A stretch of 64,000 nucleotides of DNA from Anthoceros angustus (lineage: Eukaryota > Plantae > Anthocerotophyta), in assembly GCA_010909165.1 (NCBI GenBank), contig MU008154.1:919478-983477 (forward strand). The letters are read 5' to 3'. The notes beneath the pieces are model-generated. The model saw only the letters and a list, made by a program, of their open reading frames with translations, was not told the origin of the DNA and ran no database searches. Made by a program: the position numbers and the translations under genes. This document shows, one piece after another, positions 26,396 to 41,300 of this stretch (positions within the stretch are counted from its first letter, which is position 1; every line of letters starts with the position of its first letter).

Positions 26396-29300
26396 GGTCA
26401 CCCAATCTATATCCAACTGCTATCTTTGGGATCTCATGCAACTTCTCGTTGCAATTAAGGTTAGCATGCATGCAACCTCATCTCAACATGACTAACATGA
26501 ATATAATAATATTTGAAGCGACTGAATATTCAAGCCTCTTTTGGTAGAATCGAGGCCCAAAAAATTGCACAATAACTAAATTACAATTTTAGGCAATTTT
26601 TACATGAGGCAATGGGTATTAGTTATCGAGATCTAGAATTTTCTAGGTAGCTAGCAATTTAAGATCCATTGCAATGTATACATTTGGTCCAAGTTTATGC
26701 ATAACTATGTAACGGCGGACCGAGTTTGAACTAAGCACCTCCTGCTGGGCACTACTTGGAATCGATCGCACCGGGTGAGACGACGAGCGGCCGTATGTCA
26801 ACGTTTCTAGCTATTGGTTCACAGCGAACTTTATAACACACATCCATCCCTTGATTAGTTCTTGCCCAAACTTCATATGCACTGCTAAGAAACGCCAACC
26901 TTTACGGACCCCTAAAGCCTAAGCCCTGTACCATCACGGTGATGATGACGTGCGTTGGCGCGTGATATTTTCACAGCACCCCTCGAAAGTGATCCCCAAA
27001 GAACAAGGAACTTTTGCACGTACACATTAGGATGATTGATTAGTGGCAAAAGGGCTTTATGAACAAATGATTTGGAGGGTTCGACATCCAAGGAGAGTTC
27101 TCCGATCGGGGACTATATATATGGAGGGCATTCATTTTCGTAGTAGATTGTGGAACCAAACCAAGTGCCGCTCAACATATGTACTCGTCGAAAAGTACTA
27201 CCACCAAAGCTAAAAACTTCTTGAAAGACGTACAACGTTGAAGAGCAAAAGCCCTAACAAAACTAGTAGCTGTTGTACGGGCATTCATGAATCCTCATCT
27301 CTGCAAGGAGGAGCTCAAAAGGAAGAGGAAGTTGAGACAACACGCATCCATAGCGCAACGGGTGACGGGAGCGTCCACGAAAGGTGTACGTAACCTAACT
27401 CGAAAAGTATCAGGCGAATCAATCCTCGCACATGTGGATGAAGCAACGAGTGCCGCAAGGGAAGCATTGTATCATGAGATGATGGCAAGTGGTGCCAAGA
27501 TCAAAAAGCCAAAAGAACTTCAAGCTCGTGTAGCGCGAGAGCAAGCTTAAGGCGAGGCGCCGAGCTGTGCGATACAACGTTTGTGAAAGTGGGGCCTGAA
27601 ATAAGTGGAGTCTGCAACAGTGTAACGGTTTGGAGATCAGCAACCTGGACATAAATGTCCAGAATGAGAGTACGCTTAGCAATAGCAAATTCGATCGCCA
27701 GTGAAAGACTGAGCATCGGGCCAAAAGAATCGCCCTGTCCCTAGGCATCCGTTGCTCTTCAACACTTGTTGGTGAAGACGGAGCCTCATCCTCAAAAGGA
27801 GTACCACCGGTCGTACTCGCTGAAAGCATCTTTCAGGGTCAGAGCCTCCAACAATGTTTCAGGGTAGCCAATAAATCCAGGTGAAGGATCATTTCATCCC
27901 AGTCCGTTCACCAACGGCGCATCTAAGACACGTGCGCGTGCACAGAAGTTAAATCCTGTGTCAGGATGCATGTAGTCCATCCTGCAAGCGGTATCAAATC
28001 TGGAGCTCGGGGACTGTGAATGCAGCAATGTTACCTTGTCTCTGCTGCCCACAGGACCTCTTTTGTTGCATTTGACTGTTGTGATGCCGGCCCACCCAGC
28101 GCTGGTGCAGGAGGTCATGGTGCTTCCTGCGTGCAAACGCCTTGGAAGCGAATTAGTCGTGTCTCTGAGAGAAAATGATCTCGCCTGTCTGGAAGAGACT
28201 TGGCCGAGGCCAGCCAACAAGAGCAGCAGCCAGACGATGGGATAGGGGACCGTGTCCCGCTCAATGAGCCGTCCGTGACGTAGTTCTGTTGAAGCTGCAG
28301 GCTCTTGCAGCCCCTTCCACCCCTTCAGCGGCTGGAAGTTCGCCCTGAACAGGATGCTTCGGCTGCCGGTTTCGAAGCTAGCCTGAGAACACGCAATGGT
28401 GGAATTGCTTGGAGCATCGTATGGGTGCTGCTGCCCCAGAGCTGGGAGCGCAATTTCAGACTCGCGTGCCCACACCAGAAGCCTGTCCTGGGATACATCC
28501 TTTTAGCAAGTTGGTGGCGCTGGGGACTGTGAGGGCCCTGCAACGTTACCTGTCTCTCCTGCCCACAGCACCCTTCTCTGCTGCATTTGCCGGCCTTGCC
28601 CAGCCATCCAGCAGACCACCTGGAGTGGGAGATGCTGTTAGAGGAGCTCCGATTCCGAAGGCTGCTTCCGATTCTCAGCTTGGGATTCTAAACTGCAGGA
28701 ATGGAGATTTCTCAACAAAACAAGGAACACGTTGCGAGAACGACAAACCCTAAACCCATGTCTGGCTCCTTGTATTCCCTTTGGCGGCCTGGTACCATCT
28801 TGTTGCTCACTGCCAGTTCGTTGGTTCACAACGGGTGACGGGAGCGTCCACGAAAGGTGTACGTAACCTAACTCGAAAAGTATCAGGCGAATCAATCCTC
28901 GCACATGTGGATGAAGCAACGAGTGCCGCAAGGGAAGCATTGTATCATGAGATGATGGCAAGTGGTGCCAAGATCAAAAAGCCAAGAACTTCAAGCTCGT
29001 GTAGCGCGAGAGCAAGCTTAAGGCGAGGCGCCGAGCTGTGCGATACAACGTTTGTGAAAGTGGGGCCTGAAATAAGTGGAGTCTGCAACAGTGTAACGGT
29101 TTGGAGATCAACAACCTGGACATAAATGTCCAGAATGAGAGTACGCTTAGCAATAGCAAATTCGATCGCCAGTGAAAGACTGAGCATCGGGCCAAAAGAA
29201 TCGCCCCTGTCCCTAGGCATCCGTTGCTCTTCAACACTTGTTGGTGAAGACGGAGCCTCATCCTCAAAAGGAGTACCACCGGTCGTACTCGCTGAAAGCA

Positions 29301-31168
29301 TCTTTCAGGGTCAGAGCCCAACAATGTTTCAGGGTAGCCAATAAATCCAGGTGAAGGATCATTTCATCCCAGTCCGTTCACCAACGGCGCATCTAAGACA
29401 CGTGCGCGTGCACAGAAGTTAAATCCTGTGTCAGGATGCATGTAGTCCATCCTGCAAGCGGTATCAAATCTGGAGCTCGGGGACTGTGAATGCAGCAATG
29501 TTACCTTGTCTCTGCTGCCCACAGGACCTCTTTTGTTGCATTTGACTGTTGTGATGCCGGCCCACTCCAGCGCTGGTGCAGGAGGTCATGGTGCTTCCTG
29601 CGTGCAAACGCCTTGGAAGCGAATTAGTCGTGTCTCTGAGAGAAAATGATCTCGCCTGTCTGGAAGAGACTTGGCCGAGGCCAGCCAACAAGAGCAGCAG
29701 CCAGACGATGGGATAGGGGACCGTGTCCCGCTCAATGAGCCGTCCGTGACGTAGTTCTGTTGAAGCTGCAGGCTCTTGCAGCCCCTTCCACCCCTTCAGC
29801 GGCTGGAAGTTCGCCCTGAACAGGATGCTTCGGCTGCCGGTTTCCGAAGCTAGCCTGAGAACACGCAATGGTGGAATTGCTTGGAGCATCGTATGGGTGC
29901 TGCTGCCCCAGAGCTGGGAGCGCAATTTCAGACTCGCGTGCCCACACCAGAAGCCTGTCCTGGGATACATCCTTTTAGCAAGTTGATGGCGCTGGGGACT
30001 GTGAGGGCCCTGCAACGTTACCTGTCTCTCCTGCCCACAGCACCCTTCTCTGCTGCATTTGCCGGCCTTGCCCAGCCATCCAGCAGACCACCTGGAGTGG
30101 GAGATGCTGTTAGAGGGCTCCGATTCCGAAGGCTGCTTCCGATTCTCAGCTTGGGATTCTAAACTGCAGGAATGGAGATTTCTCAACAAAACAAGGAACA
30201 CGTTGCGAGAACGACAAACCCTAAACCCATGTCTGGCTCCTTGTATTCCCTTTGGCGGCCTGGTACCATCTTGTTGCTCACTGCCAGTTCGTTGGTTCAC
30301 AACGGTAAATTTGACTAGCTTTGCTCTCCCTTCCAAATATCAGGTTGATGTCGAATGTGACTGGAGGATCATGACCCTGCTTCTGGAACCCGGAAAGTGT
30401 GTATACAATGCTGATGCTCCTGAGGAGGGAACGGTCTGTGTTGAAGAAACGCGTCCCACAGGCATTCTCATGCATGTAAGAGTAAGGATAAGGTGGCTGT
30501 AACAGGCATCCACTACCAGTTTCAGTTACTTTGTCTCCTAATACAAATGGCTCGCCCGCTACATACAGATCGCAGATGGCATGTTGCTGCACAAGGGCAT
30601 CACTAGTCTGGCTGCGAACCGGTTTGCAGAGAGGAGATCAAGCCCTGATCACCTGAGCTGCAGCCATATCCCTTGTCGATTTATTGCCTAATTCCCTTCC
30701 TCGATGCAGTTTGAAGCTCTGGTTCTGCGATTCAGAGCTGTACCCTCACCGAATCGTTCCTAGGAAAGTTCTCGAATTCTCTGCTTTGCAGCTGGCATGC
30801 ATGCCAATGTGGTTCACCAACAGGATTCCGACTAACCGCCGGTTAGTGCTGGTTAGCCGGACACTCACTTGCACTCATTTCCAGTTTTGCGAAAAGCCGT
30901 TGGCAATGGATCCTCACCGGATACTTCTTTTGATAAATTTCCATCTTATACCCAACATGTGCATAGTATATAATATAGTAGTTTATATCATTTTCATCAT
31001 TTATCTTTACCTTGAATCTTAGTAGTGAACTTCACTTATTAGGGAAGATTGAAGTTGAAATCATATTCATCAATATTTATATTAATTATAATTTAATTTA
31101 ATATTGATCTAAAAATTAAATGCTATATGTCATGGGCCTGCACGAAGGCTTACCCGTGATGTCGAACA

Positions 31169-31556
31169 GCATGGCTTTCACATGAAAAAAAAGGATTGGA
31201 TGAGGCATTGCTTATATTGCAAAGTTCTTGTTGACGAAATAATACGTCGGCATCAAGATGCATTGTATACTCGAATCAACAACAGAGGTATAAGAGCTAG
31301 TAAGAGATGTTTATATGCAAAGATATGACATTCTCAATATACTTACACAAGTTGAAGTTGGTGAATGGAAGTTAGCCGGATGATGCCACATCGTCATTAT
31401 GGTTGGAGCAAAATACGCCTATAGTCTTCCACCAATCAAGCGAGAATCAATCTTTCGCTTTGGGTATTCAAACTCCTTTTATGTTAAATTGCATGGTGCT
31501 TTATGGGAATGGTAATGTGCTACTGTGGATGCAACTTTTGGGTTGAACAAGCACGG
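31169..31556 (+). pseudogene. MULE transposase fragment (unit 4 copy; 3' part repeated at 32535-32739)
   Basis: Nucleotide copy of 8621-9011. Confidence 0.72.
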
Positions 31557-34500
31557 ATCCCTAAAGCCTAAGCCCTGCCTCACGGTGATGATGACGGCGT
31601 TGGCTGCGATTTTCACAAGACCCCTGCGAAAGTGATCCCCAAAGAACAAGGAACTTTTGCACGCATACATTAGGATGATTGATTAGTGGCAAAAGGCTTT
31701 ATGTCAAATGATTTGGAGGGTTCGACATCCAAGGAGAGTTCTCCGATCGGGACTATATATATGGAGGGCATTCATCATACGTATTAGATTGTGGAACCAA
31801 ACCAAGCGCCCGCTCAACATACTCGCCGAAAGAGTACTACCACCGAGTTATAGAACTTTCTTGAAAGACGCAACGTTGAAGAGCAAAAGCCTAACAAAAC
31901 TAGTAGTCTAATCGGCACTCATGAATCCTCATCTCCAAGGAGGAGCTCAAGAGGAAGAGGAAGTTGAGACAACACGATCCATATCGCAACGCGTGACGGG
32001 AGTGTCCACGAAAGGTTGCACGGAAAGTCGTACGAACCTAACTCAAAGTATCAAAGTAATCAACCTCGCACATGTGGATGAAGCTGAAAATGAAAAGCAT
32101 TCAGTATCATGAGATGATGGCAAGTGGTGCCAAGATCAAAACCAAAGAACTTCAAGCACGTGCAAAGACGGCGAGAATCGATTGTCCTCAAAGTTGACCT
32201 AAGCTTTCATCTTCACCGAAAGAAAGCAAGTGCAACGAGGAGGACGAACTCAACAACACCCTGGCTGCTCGCCCAAGACTACTACAGGGGAGTAGTTGGT
32301 GCTATTAACCCTATCGCGACGAGTCCAAGGGCTCGAGGAGAAGTTGATGAAGAGGAAGGGAGAAGTCACGAAAACCAAAAGTCATATGGAAGCTAAGAAA
32401 AGAGGCCAAGGCAATGCGCGTCTGAAGTAGAGTTGGTGGGTAGCTAGCAATTTAACATACATTGCAATGTATACATTTGGTGCAAGTTTACGATAACTAT
32501 GTAACGCGGACCAAGTTGAACTAAGTACCTACATGTTGAAGTTGGTGAATGGAAGTTAGCCGGATGATGCCACATCGTCATTATGGTTGGAGCAAAATAC
32601 GCCTATAGTCTTCCACCAATCAAGCGAGAATCAATCTTTCGCTTTGGGTATTCAAACTCCTTTTATGTTAAATTGCATGGTGCTTTATGGGAATGGTAAT
32701 GTGCTAGCTGGATGCAACTTTTGGGTTGAACAAGCACGGATCCCTAAAGCCTAAGCCCGTACCCTCACGGTGATGATGACGGCGTTGGCGACGATATTTT
32801 CTGACACCCTGCAGTGATCCCCAAAGAACAAGGAACTTTTGCACGCATACATTAGGATGATTGATTAGTGGCAAAAAGGCTTTATGTCAAATGATTTGGA
32901 GGTTCGACATCCAAGGAGAGTTCTCCGATCGGGACTATATATGGAGGGCATTCATTGTTCGTACTAGATTGTGGAACCAAACCAAGTGCCGCTCAACATA
33001 CTCCGAAAGAGTACTACCACCGAGTTATAGAACTTTCTTGAAAGACGGCAACGTTGAAGAGCAAAAGCCTAACAAAACTAGTAGTCTAATCGGCACTCAT
33101 GAATCCTCATCTCCAAGGAGGAGCTCAAGAGGAAGAGGAAGTTGAGACAACACGATCCATATCGCAACGCGTGACGGGAGTGTCCACGAAAGGTTGCACG
33201 CCGTGAAAGTTGTACGCAACCTAACTCGAAAGTATCGAATCAACCTCGCACATGTGGATGAAGGAGCGAGTGCCGCAAGGGAAGCATCAGATCATGAGAT
33301 GATGGCAAGTGGTGCCAAGATCAAAACCAAAGAACTTCAAGCACGTGCAAAGACGGCGAGAATCGATTGTCCTCAAAGTTGACCTAAGCTCATCTTCACC
33401 GAAAGAAAGCAAGTGCAACGAGGAGGACGAACTCAACAACACCCTGGCTGCTCGCCCAAGACTACTACAGGGGAGTAGTTGGTGCTATTAACCCTATCGC
33501 GACGAGTCCAAGGGCTCGAGGAGAAGTTGATGAAGAGGAAGGGAGAAGTCACGAAAACCAAAAGTCATATGGAAGCTAAGAAAAGAGGCCAAGGCAATGC
33601 TGCAGTGAAGTAGAGTTGGTGGGTAGCTAGCAATTTAACATACATTGCAATGTATACATTTGGTGCAAGTTTACGATAACTATGTAACGCGGACCAAGTT
33701 GAACTAAGTACCTACATGTTGGGCAACTACTTGGGAGCGATCGAGATCGGGTGAGATGTATGAGAACGTCATGTTTATTGGCTTGCATGGTGCTTTATAA
33801 CACGGAATGGATTAGTTCTTGCCCAAATTGCATATGCATGCCTTCTAAGAAACGCCAACCTCACGGATCCCTAAAGCCTAAGCCCTGCACCCTCACGGTG
33901 ATGATGACGTCGTTGGCACGATATTTTCACGCACCTCTCGAAAGTGATCCCCAAAGAACAAGGAACTTTTGCACGTACACATTAGGATGATTGATTAGTG
34001 TCAAAAAGGCTTTATGAGCAAATGATTTGGAGGGTTCGACATCCAAGGAGAGTTCTCCGATCGGGACTATATATATGGAGGCATTCATTGTTCGTACTAG
34101 ATTGTGGAACCAAACCAAGTGCCGCTCAACATACTCGCCGAAAGAGTACTACCACCAAAGCTATAGAACCTTCTTGAAGACGCAACGTTGAAGCAAAAGC
34201 CCTTACAAAACTAGTAGGCTGTAACGGGCACTCATGAATCCTCATCTCTCAAGGAGGAGCTCAAGAGGAAGAGCGGTTAAGATAACACACATCCATATCG
34301 CAACGTGTCGGGAGCGTCCACGAAGGTTGCACGCCGTGAAAGTTGTACGCAACCTAACTCAAAGTATCGAATCAACCGTCGCACATGTGGATGAAGGAGC
34401 GAGTGCAAGGGAAGCACTGTATCATGAGTCACAAGTTAGCCCTAACATTTAGAGGTTTTAGAGGTGAACTCTGCATGTGCAACTTTGTCAATTTTGGTGG

Positions 34501-37500
34501 AGCCTTACATGGATCTCCCAGATTGCTCACATCCACACCCAAATTGCTTTGTATGATGTTTGGGCCCGTTGTCGGTATGAACATGATCAAAATACACAAC
34601 GGACTTCTTAACCCTAAATTTTTCCTCCTCCTTTTGAAAACCGGACATTCGGTTCTAGCAAGCATTGTCAATGGTTTGCAAGAAGTGAAAACCGAAACCT
34701 CGATTTTGGAGCCATGTCCTATTAGTGAAGGAGGTTTCATTCGTAAATAAGGAGGTTTGGATATTCACCCCTTCAAACAATAGCAAGTTATTGTCCTCAA
34801 TGATAGCCTGTAATAAGGGATCCACAATCTTTCTCCACTCCTAGTGAAAGGTCCACACAACGAAGCCACCAAGCTTACTTATAATTAGGTGTGAGTCCTC
34901 AACTCATACGAGAGTCTCCTCGCTCAAAGCCCTCGTGCACTCCGTGACACAAAACACCAAACCGAGCCTTGTCACCTAGGCTACTATCACACCCCTACGA
35001 ACATCATATTGCCCAAGTGGTGACCAACTTCACTCATCCGGATCCGTGAACTTTGTGTGCAGAGTGCACGAAGGGCTTGCTCAAGGTAGGGCGAGCTGGC
35101 CATGGACCAACCCGAGTAGGGACATGGAGTATTCGCACGCTAAGGAGAGGTCGTGGTATCTAGTTGCTAGCGGAGGCTTGGACGTGTGGACCCGAGGTTG
35201 GAGAGATGCCTATACAATCACCTACGTAGAATGAACTAACGATGTTCCTTGGGAAGACCCTTATGTCTAAGGGGTTCCCAAGGAACATCCACTAGCCTAT
35301 GGTGGATGGATGAGTTTGGTCATTTGGGTGACTTCACATTAAGCGACAACTTGACAATTGCAACAATAATTATACATCTACATCAAATTTACCGTATGTA
35401 GCAATTAGTGAAGTTTCTAGAGTGAATTATTTATTGAGAAAAGAAAAGACGGGAAAAAATTTTCTTTTTTCAAATTTCTTCCCCTATATTACATGTGATT
35501 TGCCTTTTAAAGTAATCTACGCTTTTAGCTTGTTCAAGAATAAGAGAATTTTGAGCTTCCTCTCAAGCGTTTTCTTATTTTGGACCCTTTGACGCCCCGC
35601 TTTTTGCCTTGTTCATCAGTAATGGCGGTAGAAGTAGCACATGCAACAAGGCCCTTTTGCCTTCTTCTATTGCCTTTGGCGGTAGAAGTAGGTCGTGCAT
35701 CAAGGCTTTTTGCCTTCTCCTCGTAATGGTCAGAGAAGTAGCACATGCAACAAGGCCCTTTTGCCTTCTTCTATTGCCTTTGGCGGTAGAAGTAGGTCGT
35801 GCATCAAGGCTTTTTGCCTTCTCCTCGTAATGGTGTAGGAGTGGCCTGCAAGAAGGCCCGTTTACATTCTTCATCGTAATGGCGAGAAGCGACCTTCTTG
35901 ACGCCTTTTCCGCCTTCTTCTACGAGAAGTGGTAGAAGTAATTTTTGATTTTGGGATTCTTTTGATAGCTTGCATTGATTTTGCTTCCATTAATGCGTCA
36001 TGGTGATGGATTGTGGAATTTATCGCCAATTCTTGTCCTTGCGCTTTGTAAGCGTAATCAAGATTATCATTCGTGCACCACTTAAGACACTTGTACGTGA
36101 TGCAAGTCTCGTTATTGGAGGAGGATTCACCGGCTGCCTTGGGTAGCCTCGACATCATGATCATTGTGGTGTACATACTGCGTTTACAAATATTAATAGT
36201 CATGTTAAGAAAATCGTAGACTTCAACTCATTCAATAATTTTGTATCGACTTATCTATCTATCCACATAATAAAGAAGGAGCATTAGAAAACTAAAACTA
36301 TTATTGATAAAAATTTTAATTCTTTTCCAAGGCTTTTTGCTTGAGCAAGATACTCTATTCCAAGACTTTGTAGAAATTTGTAAGATAAATTCAAGTTCAA
36401 CTGTTTCATCATCATAGGGAAGTTGAACGCACCCGACACCAATCGATTCCTCAGCGTGGAATTCAAAATAATGTATATCACACAATTCTTGTCCTTGCGC
36501 TTTGTAAGCGTAATCAAGATTATCATTCGTGCACCACTTAAGACACTTGTACGTGATGCAAGTCTCGTTATTGGAGGAGGATTCACCGGCTTCGTCTTGG
36601 GTAGCCTCGACATCATGATCATTGTGGTGTACATACTGCGTTTACAAATATTAATAGTCATGTTAAGAAAATCGTAGACTTCAACTCATTCAATAATTTT
36701 GTATCGACTTATCTATCTATCCACATAATAAAGAAGGAGCATTAGAAAACTAAAACTATTATTGATAAAAATTTTAATTCTTTTCCAAGGCTTTTGCTTG
36801 AGCAAGATACTCTATTCCAAGACTTTGTAGAAATTTGTAAGATAAATTCAAGTTCAACTGTTTCATCATCATAGGGAAGTTGAACGACCCGACACCAATC
36901 GATTCCTCAGCGTGGAATTCAAAATAATGTATATCACACAATTCTTGTCCTTGCGCTTTGTAAGCGTAATCAAGATTATCATTCGTGCACCACTTAAGAC
37001 ACTTGTACGTGATGCAAGTCTCGTTATTGGAGGAGGATTCACCGGCTTCGTCTTGGGTAGCCTCGACATCATGATCATTGTGGCGTACATACTGCATTCA
37101 CAAACATTAATAGTCATGTTAAGAAAATCGTGGACTTCAACTCATTCAATAATTGTGTATCGACTTATCTATCTATCCACATAATAAAGAATGACCATTA
37201 GAAAAACCAAAATCATTATTGATAAAAATTTTAATTCTTTTTCCAAGGCTTTTGTTTGAGCAAGATACTATATTCCAAGACTTTGTAGAAATTTGTTAGA
37301 TAAATTCAAGTTTAATTTGTTTCATCATCATAGGGAAGTTGAGCACTGACACCAATCGATTCCTCAGCGTGGAATTCAAAATAATGTATATCACACAATT
37401 CCTCTTCCAACTTCGAGGCTTGATCATTTGCCATCTTCAAGCCATTGTCATCTTCCATCTTTGAGCCACTATTATCTTGTATCTTCAAGCTATTATAATT

Positions 37501-37952
37501 TTCCATTGATCTTGGAAACACAATTATCTTCAAGGTTGTTCACTCTTTTGTGCATTTATAATCTAGAAAAGCGAGTTCTCAAAATGGGAGACTTGCTTTT
37601 AGGTTAAGTTAAGTGGTATTGCACAAATAATCAGTTTAAATTCTTTATCTCCTCTCCTTTGGCCAATAAAATGACTAATCAGCCAATTTTTTCTCAATAA
37701 AATTATAAAATTATTTGTAGCTTAAGTAACACCTTTTCTAGGGCAGCAATTCACGCGTGAGACGTGGCAAAGATCACGATAGGCATGCCTTTTCCGCTAC
37801 TCCCTAGACTCAAGATAAAGCTTCAAGCTAGCTCTCCACAATGCTCTAAGCAATGTCTCGTGAAAGCCTCTCAAGCTCTAAGGATTTTGCTCTTTATATC
37901 CCGCAAGCTCCTCCCATCTAGGCATGCTAAATACAATGTCGTGCCACTTAGA

Positions 37953-38331
37953 TAGCTACAAACAAGCTCGCCCCATTTGGATAGCTACTAACAAGTTCAC
38001 CCATTTGGATAGCTATTAACAAGCTTGCCCCATTTGGGTAGCTATTAGCTCGCCCCATTTGGGTAGCTACAAACAAGCTCGCCCCATTTGAGTGGCTAAT
38101 AACAAGCTCATTTGAGTGGCTAATAATAAGCTCGCCCTATTTGAGTAGCTACAAACAAGCTCGTCCCATTTGGGTAGCTAATAACAAGTTCACCCATTTG
38201 GGTAGCTACAAACAAGCTCGTCCCATTTGGGTAGCTAATAACAAGCTCGTCCCATTTGGATAGCTACAAACAAGCTCGTCCATTTGGGTAGCTATTAACA
38301 AGCTCGCCCTATTTGGGTAGCTACTAACAAG
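37953..38331. repeat. 29-bp minisatellite (unit 4)
   Basis: Same unit. Confidence 0.95.
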
Positions 38332-41300
38332 GTCACCCAATCTATATCCAATCGCTATCTTTGGGATCTCATGCAACTTCGTTGCAATTAAGGTTAGCAT
38401 GCATGCAACCTCATCTCAACATGACTAACATGAATATAATAATATTTGAAGCGACTGAATATTCAAGCCTCTTTTGGTAGAATCGAGCGCTTCCAAAAAA
38501 TTGCACAATAACTAAATTACAATTTTAGGCAATTTTTACATGAGGCAATGGGTATTAGTTATCGAGATCTAGAATTTTCTAGGTAGCTAGCAATTTAAGA
38601 TCCATTGCAATGTATACATTTGGTCCAAGTTTATGCATAACTATGTAACGGACCGAGTTTGAACTAAGTACCTCCTGTTGGGCACTACTTGGAATCGATC
38701 AGATCGGGTGAGACGAACAGAGCCGTATGTCAACGTTTCTAGCTATTGGTTCGGTTGTGCGAACTTTATAACACACATCCATCCCTTGATTAGTTCTTGC
38801 CCAAACTTCATATGCATTCGCTAAGAAACGCCAACCTTTACGGACCCCTAAAGCCTAAGCCTGCACCATCACGGTGATGATGACGTGCGTTGGCGCGTGA
38901 TATTTTCACAGCACCTCGAAAGTGATCCCCAAAGAACAAGGAACTTTTGCACGTACACATTAGGATGATTGATTAGTGGCAAAAGGGCTTTATGAACAAA
39001 TGATTTGGAGGGTTCGACATCCAAGGAGAGTTCTCCCGATGGGGACTATATATATGGAGGGCATTCATTTTCGTAGTAGATTGTGGAACCAAACCAAGTG
39101 CCGCTCAACATATGTACTCGTCGAAAAGTACTACCACCAAAGCTAAAAACTTCTTGAAAGACGTACAACGTTGAAGATAAAAAGCCCTAACAAAACTAGT
39201 AGCTGTTGTACGGGCATTCATGAATCCTCATCTCTGCAAGGAGGAGCTCAAAGGAAGAGGGAAGTTGAGACAACACGCATCCATAGCGCAACGGGTGACG
39301 GGAGCGTCCACGAAAGGTGTACGTAACCTAACTCGAAAAGTATCAGGCGAATCAATCCTCGCACATGTGGATGAAGCAACGAGTGCCGCAAGGAAGCATT
39401 GTATCATGAGATGATGGCAAGTGGTGCCAAGATCAAAAAGCCAAAAGAACTTCAAGCTCGTGTAGCGCGAGAGCAAGCTTAAGGCGAGGCGCCGAGCTGT
39501 GCGATACAACGTTTGTGAAAGTGGGGCCTGAAATAAGTGGAGTCTGCAACAGTGTAACGGTTTGGAGATCAGCAACCTGGACATAAATGTCCAGAATGAG
39601 AGTACGCTTAGCAATAGCAAATTCGATCGCCAGTGAAAGACTGAGCATCGGGCCAAAAGAATCGCCCTGTCCCTAGGCATCCGTTGCTCTTCAACACTTG
39701 TTGGTGAAGACGGAGCCTCATCCTCAAAGGGAGTACCACCGGTCGTACTCGCTGAAAGCATCTTTCAGGGTCAGAGCCTCCAACAATGTTTCAGGGTAGC
39801 CAATAAATCCAGGTGAAGGATCATTTCATCCCAGTCCGTTCACCAACGGCGCATCTAAGACACGTGCGCGTGCACAGAAGTTAAATCCTGTGTCAGGATG
39901 CATGTAGTCCATCCTGCAAGCGGTATCAAATCTGGAGCTCGGGGACTGTGAATGCAGCAATGTTACCTTGTCTCTGCTGCCCACAGGACCTCTTTTGTTG
40001 CATTTGACTGTTGTGATGCCGGCCCACCCAGCGCTGGTGCAGGAGGTCATGGTGCTTCCTGCGTGCAAACGCCTTGGAAGCGAATTAGTCGTGTCTCTGA
40101 GAGAAAATGATCTCGCCTGTCTGGAAGAGACTTGGCCGAGGCCAGCCAACAAGAGCAGCAGCCAGACGATGGGATAGGGGACCGTGTCCCGCTCAATGAG
40201 CCGTCCATGACGTAGTTCTGTTGAAGCTGCAGGCTCTTGCAGCCCCTTCCACCCCTTCAGCGGCTGGAAGTTCGCCCTGAACAGGATGCTTCGGCTGCCG
40301 GTTTCGAAGCTAGCCTGAGAACACGCAATGGTGGAATTGCTTGGAGCATCGTATGGGTGCTGCTGCCCCAGAGCTGGGAGCGCAATTTCAGACTCGCGTG
40401 CCCACACCAGAAGCCTGTCCTGGGATACATCCTTTTAGCAAGTTGGTGGCGCTCGGGGACTGTGAGGGCCCTGCAACGTTACCTGTCTCTCCTGCCCACA
40501 GCACCCTTCTCTGCTGCATTTGCCGGCCTTGCCCAGCCATCCAGCAGACCACCTGGAGTGGGAGATGCTGTTAGAGGAGCTCCGATTCCGAAGGCTGCTT
40601 CCGATTCTCAGCTTGGGATTCTAAACTGCAGGAATGGAGATTTCTCAACAAAACAAGGAACACGTTGCGAGAACGACAAACCCTAAACCCATGTCTGGCT
40701 CCTTGTATTCCCTTTGGCGGCCTGGTACCATCTTGTTGCTCACTGCCAGTTCGTTGGTTCACCACGGGTAAATTTGACTAGCTTTGCTCTCCCTTCCACC
40801 CCTTCAGCGGCTGGAAGTTCGCCCTGAACAGGATGCTTCGGCTGCCGGTTTCCGAAGCTAGCCTGAGAACACGCAATGGTGGAATTGCTTGGAGCATCGT
40901 ATGGGTGCTGCTGCCCCAGAGCTGGGAGCGCAATTTCAGACTCGCGTGCCCACACCAGAAGCCTGTCCTGGGATACATCCTTTTAGCAAGTTGGTGGCGC
41001 TCGGGGACTGTGAGGGCCCTGCAACGTTACCTGTCTCTCCTGCCCACAGCACCCTTCTCTGCTGCATTTGCCGGCCTTGCCCAGCCATCCAGCAGACCAC
41101 CTGGAGTGGGAGATGCTGTTAGAGGAGCTCCGATTCGAAGGCTGCTTCCCGATTCTCAGCTTGGGATTCTAAACTGCAGGAATGGAGATTTCTCAACAAA
41201 ACAAGGAACACGTTGCGAGAACGACAAACCCTAAACCCATGTCTGGCTCCTTGTATTCCCTTTGGCGGCCTGGTACCATCTTGTTGCTCACTGCCAGTTC

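Larger units (their letters stand above)
16899..31121. repeat. Array unit 3 (14.2 kb, expanded by internal duplications)
   Basis: Same modules, with back-jumps at ~19471, ~21569, ~24772, ~25804 and ~28829. Confidence 0.9.
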
